The notes beneath the pieces were generated by a model. It worked only from the letters and a program-made list of their open reading frames with translations, ran no database searches and was not told the DNA's origin. DNA of 62,004 nt from Candidatus Levybacteria bacterium RIFCSPHIGHO2_01_FULL_36_15 (GTDB lineage Bacteria > Patescibacteriota > Microgenomatia > Levybacterales > GWA1-39-11). This document shows, in pieces, positions 16,596-24,669 of the stretch (its first letter is position 1; every line of letters starts with the position of its first letter). Location: the NCBI GenBank assembly GCA_001782015.1, contig MFNJ01000048.1, forward strand, positions 1-62,004. The letters run 5' to 3'. Position numbers and translations under genes: made by a program.

Positions 16596-19536
16596 TATTT
16601 CAATAAAAGAAAAAAAGGTATTAAAAATAAAACATTGGTTTGAAAATGCTCCATGGCTTAGAATTATAATTGTCCTTTCCGTTATTCTCTCGATTGCAGC
16701 CACTGTTTATTCTTACTCTCACGATTACATAATTGCCTACGGAGATGCTGAAAGCCATTTGGATATCGCAAAAAGAGTTGTTCACGGTCTCACGCCCGGC
16801 TTTGCTCAGCTTGGAGGGATATGGTTGCCTTTACCTCATATTTTCATGCTTCCATTTATTCTGTCTGATTTTTTGTGGAGAACAGGACTTGCAGGATCAA
16901 TTATATCCGGAGTTGCTTTTATTATATCAACAATATATATCTATAAACTTACAAACCTCATCACAAAAAACAATCTTGCCTCAGCGGTTGCCGCAATTAT
17001 CTTTGCCACCAACCCCAACGTTTTGTACATGCAATCAACGCCCATGACTGAAATGACTCTTATTGTCTTTTTCATATTATCTTCATACTATTTTGTAAAG
17101 TTCCTGCTTAATAAAGAAAGCATCCTTTCTCTTATTGCGTCCGCGTTTTTTGCTTTCTGCGCGACGCTAAGCCGTTATGACGGATGGTTCTTGGTAATTA
17201 TTGAAGCGCTGATTGTGATTTTAGTTCAGATTCCCAAGGATATTCCAAAAAGACTCATGAGAAATATTATTCAACTTATAAAGCCTTCCGATGACAATTC
17301 ATTTCTTTTAAACGGCAAGTTCAAACAAGTCTTTGAATTTGATCTTAAAAATCACCTTTGGGATAAAAAGAACTTGGAAAAGATCAAGGGAACATTTTTG
17401 TTATTTGCCACCCCTGCTTTTTTTGGCATTTTAATCTGGCTTATCTGGGATCTATTAATACTTGGTGACCCGTTTTATTTTACAAACAGCCAGTTTTCAG
17501 CAAAATCACAACAACATAACTGGCTTATTAAAAATCAGCTTCCGTCCTATCACAATCTTTTGTCGTCATTTTTATATTACTTCTTCACATCCATGAGCAA
17601 TATTGGAATAATTATATTTGCAATCTCGCTTATTGGATTTGTCATGTTCTTATTAAACAAAGACAAAAGAAACAGTCTTGCCATTTCTTTGATCTTAATC
17701 GTTCCTTTTATATTTTACGTAGCCACATTGTTCATTGGCCAATCAGTAATATTTATTCCAAGCCTTACCCCTTCCTCTTTTGAATGGAGGCTCTTTAACG
17801 CCAGGTACGGAACAATGATGGTGCCTTTTGCGGCAATTTTTTTTGCTTATTTATTTTATAAAAGTAAAGTTTCATCAAAAGCTCTTCTTGCTGCTCTTTT
17901 TGTTATACAGCTTGGGTTATATGTAATAGGGTATTCAAAAGTTATCACGCTTGCTGACGGGACTGAGGGTTTGTCTCGGGCTAGATCCCCAAACGTAGAA
18001 AGCTGGATGGCTAAAAACTATGATGGTGGACTTGTTTTAATGGATGACTACGCCCGTACCATGAGTATTATCAGAAGCAATGTACCCATGCAGAATGTGA
18101 TTTATGTAGGTACAAAACCTTACTGGGAAGAATCGCTTGCAGAACCTGAAAAATACGCAAAATGGGTAGTTGTTCAGAACAAAGATGATGTTTGGAAATA
18201 TATTTACAGCAATCCTATTGCTCAAGGCAGACTTTATAAATACTTTGAAAAAGCCTACACTTCTCCTGAAATACTGGTATTTAAAAGGGTAAACGAAGAA
18301 AGCATTGTAAAAAGCTATATGACGCCTACATATGTAAGTAATAATAATCAGGAAATATTATGGCCGGTTCAGGCAATAGACACAATGAAGTATTCCAGAG
18401 ACTACGCACGGGACCCGGAAATATTTAAATATATTCCGTCTGTTGTAGATATGGTTTCCTCCCTTAAAGCCACTCATATTGCGCTGGCAACGCCTTACAA
18501 TGAGGAATTTTATCCAATTCTGAAGGCATGGGTTGAACAAGCAAGAAGGAAAAATCTCAAAGTTTGGTTCAGGGGAAATTTTGCTGAGTGGGAAGGGTGG
18601 TTTGACTATCCCAAAAATATGACGGCAAGTCAACATCATCAAAGTACTTATGCGTTTATACAACAACATTCTGAGTTGTTCGAGACGGGGGACATTTTTA
18701 CCCCGGCTCCCGAACCTGAAAACGGATCAATAGGAGATCCAAGGACATCTTCTGAAAACGCGAAAAGCTTTAATAATTTCTTGATAGATTCTTATGCTAA
18801 CTGTCAAAAAGCTTTCGAGGATATAAATCAGTTTCTTGAAAATAATAAAAAAAGTGTTACCTGTGGATATTTCTCAATGAACGGTGACGTAGCAAAGGAA
18901 TCTTTGACGCGTGAAACAGTCAAAAAAACCGGAAACGTAGTGGTTATTGACCATTATGTCAAAGACCCAAGACAACTATTCACAGATATTGATTATCTGC
19001 ATCAAAAATACGACGCAAACATAGTACTTGGAGAGTTCGGCGCACCAATTCCTGACATTAACGGAAAAATGACAGAAGAAAAACAGGCTGAATTTATTAA
19101 CGAGCTTTTAAAGCAGGCTTATATGAATAAAAAATATGTTGTGGGTGTAAATTATTGGACAGTAACAGGAAGTTCAACCGCTTTATATAACGATGACGGT
19201 TCAGAAAGAAAAGCTACAAAAATAATAAAACAATATTATTTGCCTAATATTATAAGAGGTACAGTGTCCAATACGCTTGGCGAACCGATTGCCAAAGTGG
19301 CAATCAAAACACAAGACGGCCTAAACGCAACTTTAACCGATAAAGATGGAAGATTTTCCCTGTTGGTACCCTCTGTTGATAACCAAATTTACATAATGAA
19401 TGATAAATATAAAAATATTAAGGAAGCCGTTAAAGGAAAAAACAGACAGACCGTGATCAACCTGACTCTTGAGCCAAAAAAGATTGACACTTTTTATAAA
19501 ATAAAAAATATACTTAAGTCGATAGGAATACTCTAG
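16585..19536 (+). CDS. GT-C (ArnT/PMT-like) membrane glycosyltransferase fused to a large extracytoplasmic domain and a CarboxypepD_reg-like domain
   Basis: The N-terminal roughly 480 aa are polytopic, with an early acidic loop (YGDAESH). The C-terminal region carries TIM-barrel-glycosidase-like signatures (APEPEN ... VLGEFGAP), which is tentative. The last roughly 90 aa match the carboxypeptidase-regulatory fold pattern (IRGTVSNTLGEPIAKVAIKT...TDKDGRFSL). Confidence 0.6.
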   Translation: MKISISIKEKKVLKIKHWFENAPWLRIIIVLSVILSIAATVYSYSHDYIIAYGDAESHLDIAKRVVHGLTPGFAQLGGIWLPLPHIFMLPFILSDFLWRTGLAGSIISGVAFIISTIYIYKLTNLITKNNLASAVAAIIFATNPNVLYMQSTPMTEMTLIVFFILSSYYFVKFLLNKESILSLIASAFFAFCATLSRYDGWFLVIIEALIVILVQIPKDIPKRLMRNIIQLIKPSDDNSFLLNGKFKQVFEFDLKNHLWDKKNLEKIKGTFLLFATPAFFGILIWLIWDLLILGDPFYFTNSQFSAKSQQHNWLIKNQLPSYHNLLSSFLYYFFTSMSNIGIIIFAISLIGFVMFLLNKDKRNSLAISLILIVPFIFYVATLFIGQSVIFIPSLTPSSFEWRLFNARYGTMMVPFAAIFFAYLFYKSKVSSKALLAALFVIQLGLYVIGYSKVITLADGTEGLSRARSPNVESWMAKNYDGGLVLMDDYARTMSIIRSNVPMQNVIYVGTKPYWEESLAEPEKYAKWVVVQNKDDVWKYIYSNPIAQGRLYKYFEKAYTSPEILVFKRVNEESIVKSYMTPTYVSNNNQEILWPVQAIDTMKYSRDYARDPEIFKYIPSVVDMVSSLKATHIALATPYNEEFYPILKAWVEQARRKNLKVWFRGNFAEWEGWFDYPKNMTASQHHQSTYAFIQQHSELFETGDIFTPAPEPENGSIGDPRTSSENAKSFNNFLIDSYANCQKAFEDINQFLENNKKSVTCGYFSMNGDVAKESLTRETVKKTGNVVVIDHYVKDPRQLFTDIDYLHQKYDANIVLGEFGAPIPDINGKMTEEKQAEFINELLKQAYMNKKYVVGVNYWTVTGSSTALYNDDGSERKATKIIKQYYLPNIIRGTVSNTLGEPIAKVAIKTQDGLNATLTDKDGRFSLLVPSVDNQIYIMNDKYKNIKEAVKGKNRQTVINLTLEPKKIDTFYKIKNILKSIGIL

Positions 19537-19540
19537 GTTA

Positions 19541-19568
19541 TTGAAATCACAAGATTTAATGTTATAAT
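19541..19568 (+). promoter_or_regulatory. Sigma70-like promoter (TTGAAA-16-TATAAT) for the LAxTG protein/sortase pair
   Basis: The hexamers were read directly and lie 57 nt upstream of the ATG at 19625. Confidence 0.45.
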
Positions 19569-19624
19569 CTTATAATAAACTTACATTAAAAAATAAAATA
19601 TTGTTTCTTTAACATAGTAAGCAT

Positions 19625-20290
19625 ATGGCAGGCAAAAATATTATTTTAGTAATTATCCTATATTTTGTTTTATCTGTTTTTGTGGCTTCTAAAGCACTTG
19701 CGGTAACTATTCCAAGCTTTCCTTCATGTCTAAATATTCAAGGAGAACTTATTGTTTCTTACACAACAGGAACGCATGGAATACCGGGAGACAGCGCAAC
19801 TTATACCGGCAGTGATTCAGTATATAAATTAACAGAAGATACTCTTACCCAATGTTTTTGTTCAGTAAACGGAGATGGTATTCAGACAAACTGGTGGAAA
19901 GTTTCAAGTCTTTCCGACAACGAAATTACTGATCTTAAAAATCAAAATTGGATTTTTATATTAAATGGATCTTTGTGGGGGCTTGATGACGCACCTTACA
20001 TGGCCAAAAATTCAAATTTTTCCTGCCAAACCACAAGCCCAACTCCAACACCTACGTCAAGCAGCAGCTCAAGCTCTTCCGGCAGCAGTTCATCTAGTAG
20101 TAGCTCCAGTTCTTCCGGCAGCTCCGGCAGTGTACAAGCAGCTTCAACAGGCTCTGTTGGACAAGTTCTTGGACTGGCAACCACCGGAAATATTCTAACC
20201 ATATACACTCTTCTTATTGTAGGCATTACATTTATCTTACTTGGAATTATGCTTGCAAGAAAAGAAAGGGGAATATATGGACGAAGATGA
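19625..20290 (+). CDS. Sortase-anchored surface protein (signal peptide, 4-Cys globular domain, TP/poly-Ser stalk, LATTG sorting signal)
   Basis: It has an N-terminal signal peptide (…VASKALA) and the stalk TSPTPTPTSSSSSSSGSSSSSSSSSSGSSGS. LATTG (nt 20174-20188) is followed by a hydrophobic helix and the basic tail ARKERGIYGRR. Confidence 0.8.
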   Translation: MAGKNIILVIILYFVLSVFVASKALAVTIPSFPSCLNIQGELIVSYTTGTHGIPGDSATYTGSDSVYKLTEDTLTQCFCSVNGDGIQTNWWKVSSLSDNEITDLKNQNWIFILNGSLWGLDDAPYMAKNSNFSCQTTSPTPTPTSSSSSSSSGSSSSSSSSSSSGSSGSVQAASTGSVGQVLGLATTGNILTIYTLLIVGITFILLGIMLARKERGIYGRR

Positions 20291-20829
20291 GGAATTTTGT
20301 TTCTAAACTTTTTGTAATCACGGGCTTTATATTTATTCTATCAAGTTTATATTTAGTCTGGCAAAGAAATAACCCCGACAGACTTAGTTTTGATATCAAA
20401 CCTGACACCTTTAAAGAAACAATATACAAAAAAACAGACATAAACCCGGTACAAATAGTAATTCAAGATGTAAATATTAACCTGCCTTTGTACCCTTCAA
20501 TCATTGATGGCAAAAACTGGGAAACAACCACAAAAGGAGCATCATATCTTACCTCATCTCCAATGCCGGGAGAGGAGGGCAATAGCATTATATACGCCCA
20601 TAATTGGAATAACCTCTTTGGAAAAATTGTTCTGGCAAAACCAGGTGGAAAAGTGAAGATAGCATTCAGTGATAATTCAACCAAAACATTTACTATTAAA
20701 TATACCGCTACAGTTACGCCTGATGAAACACATATTTTGAACAAATCAAATGACAAAAGAATCACTCTTTATACCTGCACGGGTATTTTCGACCAGAAAA
20801 GATTTGTAGCGGTGGCAGTTTTGGATTAA
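20287..20829 (+). CDS. Sortase family transpeptidase
   Basis: It has an N-terminal TM anchor, the catalytic His context IIYAHNW, the TLxTC motif (RITLYTCTG) and a downstream Arg (QKRFVAV). Its start overlaps the substrate gene's stop. Confidence 0.85.
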   Translation: MRNFVSKLFVITGFIFILSSLYLVWQRNNPDRLSFDIKPDTFKETIYKKTDINPVQIVIQDVNINLPLYPSIIDGKNWETTTKGASYLTSSPMPGEEGNSIIYAHNWNNLFGKIVLAKPGGKVKIAFSDNSTKTFTIKYTATVTPDETHILNKSNDKRITLYTCTGIFDQKRFVAVAVLD

Positions 20830-20856
20830 TCACACATGCAATAAAAGCTGGAGATT

Positions 20857-21900
20857 TTATAAAAGCTTTTGCTGCTTGTCAATAGTTTCATTATATTCAA
20901 TGCCAAGATGATCATATGCCGCTCTTGTGGCAGTTCTTCCCCGCGGAGTACGTTTAATATACCCAATTTGCATTAAATACGGCTCAACTACCTCTTCTAT
21001 AGTTCCAATGTCTTCTGATATGGAAGAAGCAATCGTTTCAATACCTACCGGGCCGCCTGAATGCATGTGAATTATTGCCCTTAAAAATCTTATATCAGCG
21101 CTGTCAAGCCCCATGTTATCAATTTCAAGCATTTTTAAGGCTTTATGAGTAAGAGCCGCTGATATTTCGCCTTTACCCTTGACCTGTGCAAAATCACGCG
21201 CTCTTTTTAATAATTTTAAAGCAATTCGAGGTGTTCCTCTTGCGCGCATTGATATTTCCCCAATGCTTTCCTGGTCTATTTTAACTTTTAATTTTTCTGA
21301 AGCTTTTATTATTACTGTTTCCAGTTCTTTGGGAGAATAAAACTGCAGCCTGTGAACAACCCCAAATCTGTCCCGCAACGGCGCAGAGAGTAAACCGATC
21401 CTGGTAGTTGCTCCGATAATAGTAAACTGGGGCAATTCAAGCCTTAGTGTTCTTGCTGAAGGCCCTTTACCAATCACTATATCCAGACAATAATCTTCCA
21501 TTGCCGGATACAGGGTCTCCTCAACAACTTTATTAAGTCTATGTATTTCATCAATAAAAAGAACGTCTCCTTTTTCAAGATTTGTTAATATTGAAGCCAG
21601 ATCCCCAGCTCTTTCAATAGCAGGTCCTGATGTTACTCTGATATTTGACCCCATTTCACGGGCAATAAGATGGGATAAAGTAGTTTTTCCAAGGCCGGGA
21701 GGACCGTAAAGCAAAATATGTTCTATTGATTCCTTTCTTTTTTTTGCTGCTGAAATCGCAATTTGAAGAGATTCCTTAACATTATTCTGACCAAAGAATT
21801 CATCCCAGCTTCTTGCCCGCAGTGAAGTAAATAAAACCTCTTCTTCCGGATTTTCTGGCCCCAAATTTTTTATTGACGGATTTGCCTTTTTATCGTCCAT
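20857..21900 (-). CDS. ruvB: Holliday junction branch migration ATPase RuvB
   Basis: It has Walker [10 protein letters not shown] and Walker [10 protein letters not shown], plus the RuvB-specific C-terminal winged helix (PRGRTAT). Confidence 0.95.
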   Translation of the reverse strand: MDDKKANPSIKNLGPENPEEEVLFTSLRARSWDEFFGQNNVKESLQIAISAAKKRKESIEHILLYGPPGLGKTTLSHLIAREMGSNIRVTSGPAIERAGDLASILTNLEKGDVLFIDEIHRLNKVVEETLYPAMEDYCLDIVIGKGPSARTLRLELPQFTIIGATTRIGLLSAPLRDRFGVVHRLQFYSPKELETVIIKASEKLKVKIDQESIGEISMRARGTPRIALKLLKRARDFAQVKGKGEISAALTHKALKMLEIDNMGLDSADIRFLRAIIHMHSGGPVGIETIASSISEDIGTIEEVVEPYLMQIGYIKRTPRGRTATRAAYDHLGIEYNETIDKQQKLL

Positions 21901-21902
21901 AA

Positions 21903-22478
21903 TTATTTCCCCAAATATTTAAGCGCAAGCCTTATTTTTTCCTCAACCGGAATACTGTTGTCTTTTATAGACTTTGTTGCCTGCTGAATTTCGCGGGCGG
22001 AGAATCCTATACTTTTAAGCGCTTTTATTACGTCTTCATTTGAATCTTTCTCTAAGCTGTTAATATCTATATCGTGCTTGTCTGCTATTTTACTCCTCAA
22101 CTCAATAATGATTTTTTGGGCATTCTTTTTTCCAAGTCTTGGAACGGTTGTAAAAAAGTCAACATCGCCTGAAACTATTGCCTGCATTATCTGTTCTTTA
22201 TTTCCAAATGAAAATATATTTATAGCGGTTTTTGGACCAACACCGGATACGCTTATCAGCTTTTCAAAAAGCTTTAAATCTTCAAAATGCAGAAAACCGA
22301 ACAGCTCCATCACATCTTCCCGGACATGCGTGTAGGTGTATATCAAAGATTGGGAATCGGCACTGGTCTTTGACAACACCTCAGCTGTTGCGTGTACTTT
22401 ATATCCCACACCATTAACGTCTATATAAATAGATTGTCCATCTTTTAAAGTAATTATCCCTTTTAAAAAACCTATCAT
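21903..22478 (-). CDS. ruvA: Holliday junction DNA helicase subunit RuvA
   Basis: It shows MIGFLKG...GVGY, the HhH motifs ([24 protein letters not shown]), and lies between ruvB and ruvC. Confidence 0.9.
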   Translation of the reverse strand: MIGFLKGIITLKDGQSIYIDVNGVGYKVHATAEVLSKTSADSQSLIYTYTHVREDVMELFGFLHFEDLKLFEKLISVSGVGPKTAINIFSFGNKEQIMQAIVSGDVDFFTTVPRLGKKNAQKIIIELRSKIADKHDIDINSLEKDSNEDVIKALKSIGFSAREIQQATKSIKDNSIPVEEKIRLALKYLGK

Positions 22479-22481
22479 AAT

Positions 22482-22973
22482 TTAAATATTCCTGATTGAC
22501 CGGGACTTATTTGAGAATGCGTGCGTTAAGGCAATAGCCAAAGCATCAGCCGTATCATCAGGTTTTGGAATATTATCCAATTTTAATATAGTTTTGGTCA
22601 TTTGTCCTATTTGTCTTTTTTCCGCCCTGCCGTAACCCGTTATGGCAATTTTTACCTGCAAGGGGGTATAAATTGAAACTGGAATATTTTTTTTAGCACC
22701 TGCCAAAAGCATTACTCCCCGCGCCTGTCCCACAACAAAAGCGGTTTTTGAGTTTGTATTGAAAAAAAGTTCTTCTATTACCAAAGCATCAGGTTTATAT
22801 TTCTCAAGCAATTCTGAAATTTCAGAATAGACTACCAGTAATCTTTCTGAAATATTCTTGTCAGGAGTTGTTTCAACACAACCATAAGCAACAACACTTA
22901 TTTTTCCCTTAACTTCTTCTATCACTCCCCAGCCAGTACGGGCAATTCCGGGATCTATACCAAAAATCTTCAT
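22482..22973 (-). CDS. ruvC: Crossover junction endodeoxyribonuclease RuvC
   Basis: Motifs are IFGIDPGIARTGWG, LVIEELFF and the C-terminal DDTADALAIALTH. Confidence 0.9.
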   Translation of the reverse strand: MKIFGIDPGIARTGWGVIEEVKGKISVVAYGCVETTPDKNISERLLVVYSEISELLEKYKPDALVIEELFFNTNSKTAFVVGQARGVMLLAGAKKNIPVSIYTPLQVKIAITGYGRAEKRQIGQMTKTILKLDNIPKPDDTADALAIALTHAFSNKSRSIRNI

Positions 22974-23061
22974 ATTCTAACGATCAATTATATCACCAAA
23001 AACGAAGATTAAAAATGAAGCTCATTGACAAGCTTATAGTATATATACTATACTCATCTTT

Positions 23062-24279
23062 ATGTCAACAACAGAAACTACTGTAAGAAGAGAAGAATTA
23101 TACAAAGCGGAGCCGCATGGAGCTGTATTAACAGAAGCTGAATTTTTAGCAGATTTTGCGCATGAAGCAAAAAAAGTAAGAAAAGGTGAAGTTTTTTCCC
23201 AAGCAATGGTATTTTTTCCTGATGAAAAAGGAGAAGCTGTTGCTGAGGCTTTAAAAGGCGCTTCAATAGAAGCAAAGAGAACATTAGTAATTGACGCGTA
23301 TTCATATCTTGCTATGGACAACAGAGTCAGCGCGCTTGCCGCTTTAAATCCCTTTGACATTGGTAGCTTAATTAAAAGAATGAAGAAATATAACAAAATA
23401 GTACAAGATCTTAGAGATTCCGGCGTAACCGTTGATGAAATAAATAAACCGCACGGAATAAAAGCTCCTGTTAAAATCTTTTTCCCCTTTGTTGGAACAA
23501 ATCATACTAAGGGAACATATGTGTTTAATAAAGAAAAACATGAAGCATCTGCAAGTTGCAAAAAACCGGATAACAGCACAACTTTCTATCTCTCAACAGC
23601 AAACCATGAAGATGAACCGCGAATGAATATGGTTATTAAATACAGCGGCCCGCTTGCTCTTGCATTAAAAGAAGAGTATGAGGCAATGCACAAAAATCCA
23701 CCAAAAGAAGATTATTCAAAACAGCTTTCTTCAGACACATGGTTATTTGTTGACAGCGGTATTCCTGGAAAATCAATCATTCTAAGGAAAGCAGATGAAC
23801 TTGTAGCCGGAGCGCAAAAAAGTGTTCAAGCCGCAACATTACTTTATCCGGACGGCAAATTCGCAAATTCTCTTCAGGGTAAATATAATCAATGGAAAGA
23901 AGAAGAAATGCAAAGTAAAGAATTTGATGTTGTTACTTCGCAATTTTATCCGGATTTCCCTTTGTTAACTGTTGAAGGAACATTTTACTTGGTGGATAAA
24001 CGGGCTCGCCTTCAAGCAAAAAAAAATCATTTTACCTTTCCTGTACTTGCTGATAATACCAGATGGAGCCACTCTAAGTGTTTAATTACTGATAATAAAT
24101 GGCTTTTTATTGGCTCACATAATTACGCATCTTCCGGAGTAAAAGCAGGAACACGGGAGTGGCAGATTCTGACCTCAAATCCTGAGATAGTACAAGCAGC
24201 ACAGAGAATGTTCAGAGATTATAAAGCACAAGTTTTGGCAACTGCTGTTAGCACCTCAAAAGAAAGCCAATTGCTGTAA
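23062..24279 (+). CDS. Phospholipase D superfamily protein with one canonical HKD motif
   Basis: The C-terminal motif HSKCLITDNKWLFIGSHNY fits HxKxxxxD...GSxN. An N-terminal degenerate copy NHTKGTYVF...LSTANH lacks the Asp. Confidence 0.7.
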   Translation: MSTTETTVRREELYKAEPHGAVLTEAEFLADFAHEAKKVRKGEVFSQAMVFFPDEKGEAVAEALKGASIEAKRTLVIDAYSYLAMDNRVSALAALNPFDIGSLIKRMKKYNKIVQDLRDSGVTVDEINKPHGIKAPVKIFFPFVGTNHTKGTYVFNKEKHEASASCKKPDNSTTFYLSTANHEDEPRMNMVIKYSGPLALALKEEYEAMHKNPPKEDYSKQLSSDTWLFVDSGIPGKSIILRKADELVAGAQKSVQAATLLYPDGKFANSLQGKYNQWKEEEMQSKEFDVVTSQFYPDFPLLTVEGTFYLVDKRARLQAKKNHFTFPVLADNTRWSHSKCLITDNKWLFIGSHNYASSGVKAGTREWQILTSNPEIVQAAQRMFRDYKAQVLATAVSTSKESQLL

Positions 24280-24293
24280 AATCTTTCTATTAG

Positions 24294-24366
24294 TGGACCC
24301 AAGGGGACTTGAACCCCTAACCTCTTCCATGCCATGGAAGCGCTCTACCAATTAAGCTATGGGCCC
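24294..24366 (-). tRNA. tRNA-Ala(GGC)
   Basis: Minus strand reads GGGCCCA-TA-GCTT-AATTGGTA-GAGC-G-CTTCC-ATGGCAT-GGAAG-AGGTT-AGGGG-TTCAAGT-CCCCT-TGGGTCC-A. The G3:U70 identity pair is present. Confidence 0.85.
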
Positions 24367-24669
24367 AATTTTATTGCTATGGTTTTTTGCCCCTGCCGGC
24401 AGAAAAACCATCCCAAGTTGTACTCTTTTAACCTTTCAAAGAGTAAAAAGGTTGTAGCCCAAAACAAACTTGATTCTAACAGAAAAATATTAAAATATAT
24501 ACTATCATTTTAGATGAAAACTCGAAATTTTAAATTCGAAGCACGAAACAAATTCTAATATCTAAAATTAAAATGACAAAATAATTAAGTAGCTATTGTT
24601 TTAAATTTAAGTAATTATAATTTTGATATTGTTTCGAATTTCGATATTTGTATTTCGAATTTTATTAGA

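Noticed and set aside
19965-20226. ORFs 19965-20198 (+) and 19996-20226 (-) within the LAxTG protein gene
   Set aside because: They are frame-shifted or antisense readings of the poly-Ser (AGC/TCT-rich) stalk. The main frame has a signal peptide and a sorting signal.
23034-23396. 120-aa minus-strand ORF overlapping the start of the PLD-like gene (also 23078-23305)
   Set aside because: It is antisense to a 405-aa ORF that carries a clear HKD motif, has no motif of its own, and would collide with the ruvC promoter region.
24421-24453. H-type pseudoknot formed by the interleaved pairs TACTCTTT/AAAGAGTA and AACCTTT/AAAGGTT
   Set aside because: The connecting loops would be only 1 nt each, which is sterically implausible for 7-8-bp stems. 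Alternative hairpins or coincidence in AT-rich DNA are more likely, so it is kept only as part of a low-interest finding.
24480-24669. Possible CRISPR or tandem-repeat array in the AT-rich spacer before rarA
   Set aside because: It holds only short TTCGAA-centred palindromes at irregular spacing. There is no repeat-spacer periodicity and there are no cas genes in the window.
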